DNA from: Planctomycetota bacterium
Lineage (GTDB): Bacteria > Planctomycetota > UBA8108 > SXIK01
Assembly: GCA_965223845.1 (NCBI GenBank)
Contig: CBDCXR010000004.1
Coordinates: 1,024,001 to 1,088,000, forward strand
DNA: 64,000 bases
Direction: 5' to 3'
Below, in pieces: positions 40,830 through 50,538 of the stretch (the first letter of the stretch is position 1; the number at the start of each line of letters is the position of its first letter). Below the pieces are notes generated by a model. That model did not search any database and was not told the DNA's origin. It saw nothing but the letters and a program-made list of their open reading frames with translations. The position numbers and the translations under genes were made by a program.

Positions 40830-43800
40830 ATGCCACTCTCTCATCCCTCCTCTCGCTCGAGTTTCGTGCTTTGCCTGGCTGCGGTGCTCGCCCTCACCGC
40901 GTGCAACGATGGCACGAAGGTTCGCTCCACCGTTCCCTCATCGAACGAATCCGGCGTCAGCGCTCGTGCGCTGATCGCCATTCGCCTTTCGAACACGGTG
41001 AGCTCCGCCGACGACGGCAACATCTCAGACCCGAGCCTGTTCCAGGTGCGCGGCGACTTCACGGACGGGCTCTATCCGGGAACGGTCGCTCTCGCGGACT
41101 GGGACCGCGACGTCCGCCCGGGGATGACCGTCGACGAGTTCTCGCAGGGACTCGCGGACGGGGGCGGGGACGGCGAGGTCGAGCGTGAGCTCGACGCGCT
41201 CGTCTTCCTCCTCAGTCAAGGCGTGAGCTTCAAGCCGGGCGAGACGATCACCGTGATCATCGACCACGATATCACCGCTCACGGCGTTCCCCTCGAGCGA
41301 GGGAAGACGTTCTCGTTCCGCGTCGGCGACTCGGCGACGTCCGAAGGTGCGCTCCGCATCGTCACGACCGACCCGGCTGCGGGCGCGCAGGACGCCCCGC
41401 TCGCCCCCCGGATCCGCGCCAGGTTCAATCGGGGAGTCGCGGGCGCAGGGCTCGCTGAAGCGATCAGCATTCGCGGCGAGCGCTCGTTCTTTCACAGCGG
41501 AATCGACACGCTCTTCACTCAGGAAGTGGGCGCCGGAGTCCTCGAGGTCGTTCAGCGCCTCGCGGCCGGAGACGCGTTCGTTCCGGGCGAGACCGTCGAG
41601 GTCGCGTTCAGCTCGGACATACAAGACGCGCCGGGAGGCGGCGCGCTGCCGATCGCGCTCGCCGCGCACGTCCTCGAGTTCCAGGTGAGCGGAGGGCGAG
41701 TTGCCGGCGGTTGGGACGCGGAGGCGCTACCCTTCGTCGATGGGTCGCCGCGAACGGTCCTCGTCGCGGAGTTCGACGCCGAATTCGACGGTCTCGAGTT
41801 CATGGCCGTGACCTCGCGCACCCTCGAGTACTACGCTCAGACGGCGCCGGGACAGTGGAGTCAGATCGCGGCGACGAGCCTCGCTTCGGACGCCGGGCGT
41901 ACGGTCGTGGGCGGGGCGCTCCTCGATGTCGAGCGCGACGGCCGACCGGAGGTCGTGGTCGTTCGGAGCGGTGACTCCGACAGCTCGATCACCGTCTACG
42001 AATTCGACGAGGCCGGCGATCTCGTCGAGCACGCCGACCTCGCCGAGGAGACGTTCCCCGCCGCCGGTGTCCACGCTGTCGCGGCGATCGATCTCGATGC
42101 CCAGGGTGACCCCGAGATCCTCGCGTTCCACCCCGGAAATCGCGCGATCGGGCACTTGACGGTTTTCGCGCTGACGGAAGTGCCGCCGGACCCGGCGACG
42201 ATCGATCCGCTCGTCCCGGAGACTCTCCAGCCGCGGCCGGGTTGGGAGCGGACCGACAACCCCGTGCCGTCCTTCGACGAAGCCACTCGCGTCTCGGCGG
42301 TGGATCTCGGCGCGGGCGGACTCCTCGATCTCGTCGTCGAGACGGTCGGCGGAGATCTCGTCCTCTTTCAGAACGCTAGCAGCCCCGGTGCACCCTTTGC
42401 GCTTCGTCGAGCCGGCGTCCTCCGCGGACGCTTCGGCGGCTCGGTGGACGCGGCGGCGTGGGCCGACGCCGACTACGACGGCGACGGCGACGCCGATCTA
42501 ATCGTGTGGGACGCGGACGGCGCACTTCTCTTCGAGAACCAGACGGTTCGCGGTGAAGATGGCGCGGTGACCGGCGGTCTCCTCGAGGAACTCGCGCCTC
42601 CGATCGAGCTGCCGGAGCTCTCGGTTGGCATCGGCGCGCCGACGGCCGCCTTCGCGCGCGATCTCGACGGCGACGGCGGACTCGACGTTCTTCTTCGGCA
42701 CGAAGGGGGCGACGCGACGCTCGCACTCCTCACGCCCGAAGGAGTCGAGACCGCGGCGCTGATCGGACCGGTCGGCGGACGCGGACCCGTCGCGATCGCC
42801 GACGTGAACGGTGACTCGGGTCTCGACATCCTCCTCTTTCCCGAGGGCGACTCCGCCCCCGTCCTCCAGTCGGCGCGCGACGTGACGCCTCCCGCCGCTG
42901 TCACGCCGAGCGCGTTTCGCATCGCGCCCGGAGAGAGCGGCATCGTCGACTCGGAGCTCCGGGTGTCGATCCGCGGTGATCTGAGCGAGATCTTCAGCGG
43001 CTACTCGATCGCGCTCGACTACGACAATCGCTTCCTCGACCTCGAGCGATTCGAGCCTCCCGATGATCTCGCCGCGATCGCGACATTCGTGACCTGTCCG
43101 GACGCCAACGGAGTCGGCTGCGCCGGCAACGCGGCTGTGACGATGAGTTACTCCGAGAGTGTTCGCGGCGCCGCGTCCCAGGACGTATTTCTCGGTCGCT
43201 TCGTCTTCTCGATCGCTCCGCTCACCGAAGCCGCGACGACCGAGATCGAGCTCGAGTCGTTTCAGAGTGGAGGGGCGACATTCGAGAACACCCTGGCGAT
43301 CGTCGACGGCGAGGCGACGCTTTCGCTTCCCGTCGACGTGAGCGGCGGGATCTTCTCTGTCGAACTCCAGCCGCCGGCGCCGCCGGACCTCGTCGCGCAG
43401 TGCTTCGTCGACGAGAGGCGCCCCGACGAGACGGTCGTCTCGGTCGAGTGGGTGTCGCCGAGTGAAAAGGAGTTTTCCGGGTTCGAAGTGTTCGTCAGTG
43501 GATCGCGCGTCGCGACGCTCGGTGCGGCCGCGACGGGAGCGACCTTCACCACTCCGCTTACCGGCGAGCTCGCGATCGAGGTCCAAGGGCGGAGCGGCGA
43601 CGAGCTCGCCACCGCGTCTTGCCAGATCGTCGCCGTGCACGAGCCGCTCGTCGAATGCGAGGCGATCTCGGCGGCCGAGAACCGCGTGACGTGGTCGCTT
43701 GGGCATCTCGCCGATCGATTCAACGTCTATCGCAATGGAAATCGCATCGCTCGACTCGGCGGGGATGCGCAGGAGTTTACCGACCGGTCGCCGAGCCAGG

Positions 43801-46664
43801 ACGCCGCCGATCTCTACGAGGTTTCGGCGGAGCTGTCCGGAATCGAAGGCTCGCGCGGTGAGTGCGCCGGCGGTCCAGTGGGCGACCCCAACGTTCAGAC
43901 GACCGAGCCCCCGACGATCACGCAGGCGTCGCTCGTGACTCGAACGTCCGCGCGCCAAGCGAACGTTCTCCGGCTCCGGTGGACGAACGGCGAAGGATAC
44001 TCGTCGATCGCGCTCGCGCTCGCACGCGTCGTCGACGGGGCCGAGCAGATCGTCCTCGAGACGGATCTCGCGGGAACGGCGACGGAGTTCCTCTACGACG
44101 GCGGCGACCCGCTCGCCGGCGGAGTCCCACCCGGTGAGTATCGCTTTACGCTCGTCGGGGTGACCGACGGAATCGAGAGCGATGCGGTTCAGTCCGGTAT
44201 CGTGCCGGTGACGATTCCCGCGCTTTCGGTCGGGTTCGACTGCGCGATCGCCGGAAACGGTGACATCCAGCTCGGATGGGACGCCGTCTGGCCCGGCTAC
44301 GACGACGTCACCCTCCGCATCGAACACCGGATCAACGGTGTGCTCCAGGGCGCTGCGGAGACGGTGTCGGTCGGAACATCGGTGACGGAGTACACGATCT
44401 CTGAGCCGATCGCACTCGGGGTCTACTCGTTTCGGCTGCGAGCCGTGGAAGACACGATCGGACTTCCGCCGTCGGTGATTCCAGCGCCGGAAGCCCTGCA
44501 ACAGAATTGCGAGCTCTCCTTCTCCGCCGGCCTCTCCGTCGGCACGGTGCACGGAGGCATCGGTCTCAGCCAGATCGAGATTCCGATTCGCGCGCAGGTG
44601 TTCGGCGCGATCTCGGCGTTCCACTTCGAGCTCGAGTATCCGGACATCATCGACATCGATTCCGCGACGGGTCTGCTCGTCGACGCCCTCGGAGCGAACG
44701 CGACGCTCGTGATCTCGGCCGGATCATCCCCCGGGACGAATCGCGCGAGCGTTGATGTAACGGGGGTCCGCATCGTGCCCGATGCGGACGGAGATGGGAC
44801 GCTCGACGGCGAGGTGATCGTCGCGCGGCTCGTCGGCGCGGCTCCGTCGGACTTCGCGCTCGCGGGAACCTATCCGCTCACCTTCGTCGGAGCTCCGACG
44901 TTCCGGTTCGGGGTCGCGGATACCCCGGTCGCCGCGGTCGACGGCGAGCTCGAGCTCGTCCAGCGCTACGTGGTCGCCGAGAGCGTCGATCTCCCCCCGG
45001 ATTCCGACGAGCCGTTTACGGTGAGGGTATTCGGGACGTTCGTTGAGACCGTGCCCGACTACAAGCTGAACAGCTTCGCTATCCACATCCGTTTCGATCA
45101 CGAGCTGCTCGAGCTGCTTCCGGTCACGCAATCCGACCAGGCGGGCTCGGCGGTCGAAGGACTCGGGACGACGATCCTCCCGAACGCACAGGTGATCGAG
45201 GCTGCCAACAACCCGGCGTCGGGAACCACGGGGCAGGCGACGATCGCGTGGCTCGGGTTCAACCTGAGGGATCCGAACGTCGGGCTCGAGTTTCTCCACC
45301 CCGGAACGATGCTCAACCTCGTGACGTTCAAGTTCCGGCCGCGCGCCGGAGCGGCCGCGGCCGGCAGCACCGACATCACGTTCGTCACGCAGGCGCCGGG
45401 CGTCAGCAATCCGACCGCTTTCTTCCCTGCCGTCGACGTTCTCGGTGAGCCGGATCTCGAAGCGTTCTTTCCGGGCTCCGTGCGATTCGGTGAATCCGAG
45501 GCCCAGCCGGAGCTCTTCCGCATGGAACCGTCGGTCGGCTCGCTCCTCGGCGGGCAAGAGGCCGCACTCGTGGGAGCCGGGTTCCGCTCCGTCGCGCCGG
45601 AGGACATCGGCGTTCGCCTGCGCCGCACGGACGGCCCGGGTGCACCCGCCGACCTCGACGTGTCGGCGAACGAAATCCTCGAGATTCGCTCGGATCGAAT
45701 CCGGTTCATCGTCCCCGACTCGGGACTCCGGCCGCAGATCGCTCCGCCGTCCGTCTACTCGGCCGACGTGATCCTCGAGATCGCGGGCGCCGAGCTCATC
45801 GTTCCCGACGGCTTCGAGTACGAGTTTCCCCGGCTCGACGGTGGGGATCGAACGGCGGGGTCGTCGGACGGTGGTGATCTCCTCGTCCTGACCGGTGCGG
45901 GCTTCGCACCGGAGACCGAGGTCGGATTCCGTTTCGCCGACGCGACCGTCGACGCCACGGTCGACCGCGTCGACAGCGACGGTCGTCGTGTCCACGTCAT
46001 CACTCCCGCGCTCTCCGGCCGCGAGGGGCAGATCGCGACGATCGAGGTTCGGACTCCCGGGATCGTCGATCTTCAGCTGCAGAACTTCTTTACCGTGCTC
46101 GACCCCGACGCCGGGCCGACGCTCCGGCTCGTCTCGGTGACACCTGGAGTCGGCTCGATCTGTGGTGGGGAAACGGTGACGCTGACCGGTGAGGCGTTCG
46201 CGCCCGGTCTCGCGGTTTCCTTCGGAGGCGTCGCCGCCGAGAGCGTCACCGTCGAGAGCGCGACGAGCGCGACCGTGGTTGTTCCCGCCGTGCTCGAGGG
46301 AACGGGGACGGTCACCGTCACGGCTACGCTCGGGGCGAGCAGCGTGAATCTCGCCGACGCGTTCACATTCATGCATCCCGCGCCGCCCTTCATTCGCGGG
46401 GACGTCAACGAGGACGAATCGGTGTCCGTCGCGGACGTCGTCGTTCTCAGCGACCTCGTCGTTGGCGCCGCGGAGATGTTCCCGGCGAACTTCGACGCGG
46501 CCGACGTGAACGACGATGGGATCGTCGACGGTGGTGACGTGACCGCGCTCATGGACTTCCTCTTCGGAGCGGGGACGGCGCTCCCGCAGCCGCATCCCGA
46601 ACCGGGCCTCGATCCGACCCCCGACGCGCTCAAGTCCTGCACTGAAGTCTCGGACGGAGGTTGA
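40830..46664 (+). CDS. Giant lipoprotein J: Ig-like, FG-GAP repeats, FN3-like, ~3 cohesin-like, 3 IPT/TIG domains and C-terminal dockerin-like domain
   Basis: Lipobox LTAC (Cys codon 40902); DxDxDGxxD repeats (DYDGDGDAD, DLDGDGGLD, DVNGDSGLD); IPT-like PSVGSLLGG..LVGAGF, GGDLLVLTGAGF, PGVGSICGGETVTLTGEAF; RGDVNED..VADV...DVNDDGIVDGGDV. Confidence 0.75.
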   Translation: MPLSHPSSRSSFVLCLAAVLALTACNDGTKVRSTVPSSNESGVSARALIAIRLSNTVSSADDGNISDPSLFQVRGDFTDGLYPGTVALADWDRDVRPGMTVDEFSQGLADGGGDGEVERELDALVFLLSQGVSFKPGETITVIIDHDITAHGVPLERGKTFSFRVGDSATSEGALRIVTTDPAAGAQDAPLAPRIRARFNRGVAGAGLAEAISIRGERSFFHSGIDTLFTQEVGAGVLEVVQRLAAGDAFVPGETVEVAFSSDIQDAPGGGALPIALAAHVLEFQVSGGRVAGGWDAEALPFVDGSPRTVLVAEFDAEFDGLEFMAVTSRTLEYYAQTAPGQWSQIAATSLASDAGRTVVGGALLDVERDGRPEVVVVRSGDSDSSITVYEFDEAGDLVEHADLAEETFPAAGVHAVAAIDLDAQGDPEILAFHPGNRAIGHLTVFALTEVPPDPATIDPLVPETLQPRPGWERTDNPVPSFDEATRVSAVDLGAGGLLDLVVETVGGDLVLFQNASSPGAPFALRRAGVLRGRFGGSVDAAAWADADYDGDGDADLIVWDADGALLFENQTVRGEDGAVTGGLLEELAPPIELPELSVGIGAPTAAFARDLDGDGGLDVLLRHEGGDATLALLTPEGVETAALIGPVGGRGPVAIADVNGDSGLDILLFPEGDSAPVLQSARDVTPPAAVTPSAFRIAPGESGIVDSELRVSIRGDLSEIFSGYSIALDYDNRFLDLERFEPPDDLAAIATFVTCPDANGVGCAGNAAVTMSYSESVRGAASQDVFLGRFVFSIAPLTEAATTEIELESFQSGGATFENTLAIVDGEATLSLPVDVSGGIFSVELQPPAPPDLVAQCFVDERRPDETVVSVEWVSPSEKEFSGFEVFVSGSRVATLGAAATGATFTTPLTGELAIEVQGRSGDELATASCQIVAVHEPLVECEAISAAENRVTWSLGHLADRFNVYRNGNRIARLGGDAQEFTDRSPSQDAADLYEVSAELSGIEGSRGECAGGPVGDPNVQTTEPPTITQASLVTRTSARQANVLRLRWTNGEGYSSIALALARVVDGAEQIVLETDLAGTATEFLYDGGDPLAGGVPPGEYRFTLVGVTDGIESDAVQSGIVPVTIPALSVGFDCAIAGNGDIQLGWDAVWPGYDDVTLRIEHRINGVLQGAAETVSVGTSVTEYTISEPIALGVYSFRLRAVEDTIGLPPSVIPAPEALQQNCELSFSAGLSVGTVHGGIGLSQIEIPIRAQVFGAISAFHFELEYPDIIDIDSATGLLVDALGANATLVISAGSSPGTNRASVDVTGVRIVPDADGDGTLDGEVIVARLVGAAPSDFALAGTYPLTFVGAPTFRFGVADTPVAAVDGELELVQRYVVAESVDLPPDSDEPFTVRVFGTFVETVPDYKLNSFAIHIRFDHELLELLPVTQSDQAGSAVEGLGTTILPNAQVIEAANNPASGTTGQATIAWLGFNLRDPNVGLEFLHPGTMLNLVTFKFRPRAGAAAAGSTDITFVTQAPGVSNPTAFFPAVDVLGEPDLEAFFPGSVRFGESEAQPELFRMEPSVGSLLGGQEAALVGAGFRSVAPEDIGVRLRRTDGPGAPADLDVSANEILEIRSDRIRFIVPDSGLRPQIAPPSVYSADVILEIAGAELIVPDGFEYEFPRLDGGDRTAGSSDGGDLLVLTGAGFAPETEVGFRFADATVDATVDRVDSDGRRVHVITPALSGREGQIATIEVRTPGIVDLQLQNFFTVLDPDAGPTLRLVSVTPGVGSICGGETVTLTGEAFAPGLAVSFGGVAAESVTVESATSATVVVPAVLEGTGTVTVTATLGASSVNLADAFTFMHPAPPFIRGDVNEDESVSVADVVVLSDLVVGAAEMFPANFDAADVNDDGIVDGGDVTALMDFLFGAGTALPQPHPEPGLDPTPDALKSCTEVSDGG

Positions 46665-46668
46665 TGCG

Positions 46669-46998
46669 ATGTCCCGCGTCGATTCACCCTTCGGGCCATC
46701 CTACGGACACCGGCGGAGCTCCGGCGCCCTCGCGGGATTCATCGTTCTCTGGGCCGTCCTTTTTCTTCACCTCGTGCTTCCGCTCGACCCGGACGGGCGC
46801 TTCCTCTTCAGTGCGAACGTGCTCGTCGAGTGGGCCGGCACCGTGTTTCTTCTCGTCGGACCGGTCGCGGCCGTCGTCCTGGCGACCTGGGACTGGTACC
46901 GCACACGTCGTGTGTTCCTCCCGCTCCTCACCTTTTCGCTCGGGGCGTTCGTCTCCCTCGCGACGGCCGGGGCGATGCTGGCCTCGTTTCTCTTCTGA
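46669..46998 (+). CDS. Small membrane protein (about 3 TM), starting 4 bp after gene J
   Basis: 109 aa with three hydrophobic segments. Confidence 0.6.
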   Translation: MSRVDSPFGPSYGHRRSSGALAGFIVLWAVLFLHLVLPLDPDGRFLFSANVLVEWAGTVFLLVGPVAAVVLATWDWYRTRRVFLPLLTFSLGAFVSLATAGAMLASFLF

Positions 46999-47449
46999 TC
47001 GAGCGGAAGGGGTCGGTGCCCGCATCCGGCGGCCTCCGAGCGGTTTCGGATCACGTCCTACCGCCCGAGTTTCGGGGGACGATTCCTATAGATTTTGGTG
47101 TTGCCCCCGCCAAAATATGGCAAGAAGGTAAACGCGCGGGAGTGCGAGGTCCGATCAGAAGGGCTGCGTGCCGCAACGCGGTGTGGCCGAAGTGTTTTCG
47201 GAACCGAGTTGACGCGTCTCGCGGCGTTAGGTCGGAGGATCGGGCCGGAAGACGGGCCGGACGAAGACGGCGGTGAGGATGCGCGATGGCCGGGGGCGAC
47301 GGTGGCCGCGGCGTCCGACTCGAGTGGTCCGACCGACGCCCGGAGTGTCACGCGCGCGGAGCGCGCACCGAGTCGGATGTTCGGTGCCGCGATCGGCCCG
47401 GCGCGGAGTGGCCGCCCCGCGTGATTTCGTTCAGTCGTGAGGATATTCG

Positions 47450-48226
47450 GTGAAGTTTGCTGTCGTCTCCGACATCCACGGAAACCTCGCCGCCTTCGAG
47501 GCGGTGATCGCGGATCTCGAACGGCGCGGCGTCGACCGCATCCTCTGTCTGGGCGACCTCATCGGCTACGGTCCCGACCCTCGCGGGTGCATCCGGCTCG
47601 CGATGGGATTCCCCGTGAACCTTCTCGGCAATCACGAGGAAGCCGTGCTCTTCGGGGCGATCGGGTTCAATCCGAAGGCGAAGGTCGCGATCGACTGGAC
47701 TCGCGAGCAGCTGAGTCTCGAGTCGGAGCCTCAGGAGGACAACCGCGAGCTGTGGAACTTTATCGGGAATCTCGCGCGCCAGTACGAGGAGGACGATTTT
47801 CTCTTCGTGCACGGCTCGCCGCGGGACCCGACGCGCGAGTACATCTTCAAGCAAGACCACCAAGATCGCGGCAAGATGGACGAGATTTTCGCCGCGCCGG
47901 CGAATGCGAAGTGGCGTGCGTGCTTCGCGGGCCACACCCATCACCCCGGGGTGTTCGAGCAGAACAACGCGTATCATTTCTACGAGCCGGCGCAGCTCGA
48001 CAGCGGCCGCTACGATCTCAGTCAGGGCAACGAGCGCGTGCTGATCAATGTCGGGTCGGTGGGGCAGCCGCGGGACGGGGATCCCCGGGCTTCGTTCGTG
48101 GTCGTCGAGGACGGAGTGATTCACTTCTGCCGCCTCGACTACGACGTCGAACGCACGCTGAAACGCTTCGAAGAGTGTCCCGACCTTCCGGATTACCTCG
48201 CGAATCGCCTGCGCGAGGGGAAGTAG
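47450..48226 (+). CDS. Metallophosphoesterase (calcineurin-like, YfcE/MJ0912-type)
   Basis: SDIHGN, GD, GNHE, HGSP, GHTH, NVGSVGQPRDG. Confidence 0.92.
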   Translation: MKFAVVSDIHGNLAAFEAVIADLERRGVDRILCLGDLIGYGPDPRGCIRLAMGFPVNLLGNHEEAVLFGAIGFNPKAKVAIDWTREQLSLESEPQEDNRELWNFIGNLARQYEEDDFLFVHGSPRDPTREYIFKQDHQDRGKMDEIFAAPANAKWRACFAGHTHHPGVFEQNNAYHFYEPAQLDSGRYDLSQGNERVLINVGSVGQPRDGDPRASFVVVEDGVIHFCRLDYDVERTLKRFEECPDLPDYLANRLREGK

Positions 48227-48465
48227 ACCCGGCTCCGGAGCCGGCGCTCGCAAGCTCTCCGGCAGGGGTGAAAGGCGCTCCGGCGCGCGCGGTCCCAGTC
48301 GCACTCGCGTGACGCAACGCCGCGGACCGCCCCGCGCGTTTTTGATAGAAATCGCTCTCGATTGCACTATGCTCTGTCGGTTTCTCTCGGCGTAGCAGCG
48401 AGACGCTCATCGCGACGCGGTATGGCGCCGCGCGTGGTATCGGCGATCCGGATCGGGGACGCGCG

Positions 48466-50505
48466 ATGGCTTGGCGTTACTTCTTGGCGATCTTCCTCTC
48501 GGGGCTCGTCCTTACCGTTTGGATGGTCCTCTACCCGCCGCAGCCGCCGCGGCCGAGACCGCAGCCCGTCGCCCCGGCGCCCGCGGCCGAGGAGCGCGCG
48601 GGCGGCGCCGAGTCTCCTGCCCGCGATCCCGACGAGGCACGCGTCGTCCCCGCCCCCGAGCCCGCGCCGGTGCGGGTCGAGCGGCCCGAGAAGTCGCTCA
48701 CGATCGAGCTCAGTGCGGCACTCCTCCACGCGACGGGATCCGCGGGCCGCTCGGGCGATTCCGACGGCACGCCGCCGCGAATTCGCTACACCGCTCATTC
48801 CACCGGTGGGGTGGTGCGGGATGTTTGGCTGCCTGAATTCGGGCAGCAGAGCGACCGCAACGAGCCGTATCGATTGCTTTACTCGGCGCCGCCCGAGCAC
48901 GGACTTCTCGGTCTCCAGATCGACGGTGTCGACATCGAGTGGCGGGAGAACTGGGAGCTCGAGTCGACCGTCGACAACGGTGTCACCTTCCGCAACGAAA
49001 TCGACGACCTGCGGATTCAAAAGACGATCGGTACGCCGGCGAACGAGATCCCTCTCGATGAAACTCCAGTGCCGGAGATCGGGCTCTACTACGTTCCGAT
49101 CGAGGTCACGTTTACGAACGACTCCGATGAACCGCGCGAGATGCGGTACACGCTCAACGGGCCGGCGTCGATCGGCACGGAGGCGCAGGGCGGCCGATCG
49201 CTCTTCGCGCCCGGCGGAGACATCGCACTCGCTACGGCGAAGTGGGCAGGTGGTCGGGTGGTCGCGGCCTCGGTAGAGGCCGGAGACGTGATCGACCGAC
49301 CGACGCCTGCGCCCGCGTGGGTCGGAGCTCGGAACAACTACTTCGCGGCGCTCCTTTTTCCGCTGCCCGAAGTCGGAAAGACCGCGGCCTACGTCGAGCG
49401 TTCGCTCGGACTCGCCTATACCGACCCGCGGAGCGTCGAAGAGATTCGGCGGGAAGGGGGTGATCCGAGCGAGGCCTACCGGAACGTCGCGACGAAGATC
49501 GAGAGCGCCATCTTCACGCTCCCGGCGGGGGCGCAGGTCGTGCACCGCTACGGTCTCTTCCTCGGACCGCGAGACCGCGAGTCGCTCTCGATCTACGAGT
49601 CGCTCGATCTCAGCGCGGTGAACGACTATTTCGTCCTCACTCGTCTCTTCGTGTGGTTTCTCGACGTCCTCAACAAGCTCGCCTTCGGAAGCTGGGGCGT
49701 TGCGATCATCCTTCTCACCATCATCGTCCGGCTCCTTCTCCACCCTCTGAGCAAGAAGTCTCAGAAGAACATGCATCGCTTCTCGAAGAAGATGCAGAAG
49801 GTGAAGCCGCAGATGACGGAGATCCAGCAGAAGTACAAAGACAACCGCATGAAGCAGAACCAGGAGGTGCACAAGCTCTTCAAAGAGCACGGCATCAACC
49901 CGGCGCAGCAGATGGGCGGTTGCCTCCTGATCCTCCTTCAGATGCCGATCTGGATCGCGCTCTACCGCACGCTCTACTACTCGATCGGCCTCCGGCAGGC
50001 GAGCTTCCTCTGGATCGAGGACCTCACGCGCGCCGACCATTTATTCCCGTTCATCTCGTCGCTGCCGCTCGTCGGCGATATGTTCGCGTACTTCAATATC
50101 CTTCCGGTCCTCTACGTCATCTTTACGATCATCAACCAGCGCCTCCAGCCGAAGCCGGACGATCCGCAGATGCGGGCGCAGTATCAGATGATGACGTTCA
50201 TGATGGTGTTCTTCGGACTCATCTTTTACAACTTCCCGAGCGGCTTCATGCTCTACATCATGACGAGCACGCTCCTCGGCATCTTCGAGAGCAAGATGAT
50301 CAAGGCCGAGCTCGCGCGCGAGGAGGAGGCCGCGGGCACGCAGAGCCCGGAGGACGCGGGCGACGGAACGGCAGCCGTGGCGGCGACCGCGGGCGGAGCC
50401 CTCTACCCGGCGCAGGGCGGAGGCGGAGCCTCCGCGTCATCGGAGCGTTCTCCCGACTGGCGGGCGAAGAAGCGAAAGGGGAAGGGGCGGAAGGGGCGAA
50501 AGTAG
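48466..50505 (+). CDS. yidC: Membrane protein insertase YidC
   Basis: N-terminal TM, periplasmic domain, WGVAIILLTIIVR..L.PL, GGCL..L.QMPI. Confidence 0.95.
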   Translation: MAWRYFLAIFLSGLVLTVWMVLYPPQPPRPRPQPVAPAPAAEERAGGAESPARDPDEARVVPAPEPAPVRVERPEKSLTIELSAALLHATGSAGRSGDSDGTPPRIRYTAHSTGGVVRDVWLPEFGQQSDRNEPYRLLYSAPPEHGLLGLQIDGVDIEWRENWELESTVDNGVTFRNEIDDLRIQKTIGTPANEIPLDETPVPEIGLYYVPIEVTFTNDSDEPREMRYTLNGPASIGTEAQGGRSLFAPGGDIALATAKWAGGRVVAASVEAGDVIDRPTPAPAWVGARNNYFAALLFPLPEVGKTAAYVERSLGLAYTDPRSVEEIRREGGDPSEAYRNVATKIESAIFTLPAGAQVVHRYGLFLGPRDRESLSIYESLDLSAVNDYFVLTRLFVWFLDVLNKLAFGSWGVAIILLTIIVRLLLHPLSKKSQKNMHRFSKKMQKVKPQMTEIQQKYKDNRMKQNQEVHKLFKEHGINPAQQMGGCLLILLQMPIWIALYRTLYYSIGLRQASFLWIEDLTRADHLFPFISSLPLVGDMFAYFNILPVLYVIFTIINQRLQPKPDDPQMRAQYQMMTFMMVFFGLIFYNFPSGFMLYIMTSTLLGIFESKMIKAELAREEEAAGTQSPEDAGDGTAAVAATAGGALYPAQGGGGASASSERSPDWRAKKRKGKGRKGRK

Positions 50506-50538
50506 GCCGCCGGCATCGCGGGGGATTCGCTCTCTACG

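Noticed and set aside
22780-46664. Classical cellulosome
   Set aside because: No glycoside hydrolase, CBM3 or SLH motifs were recognised in any array gene
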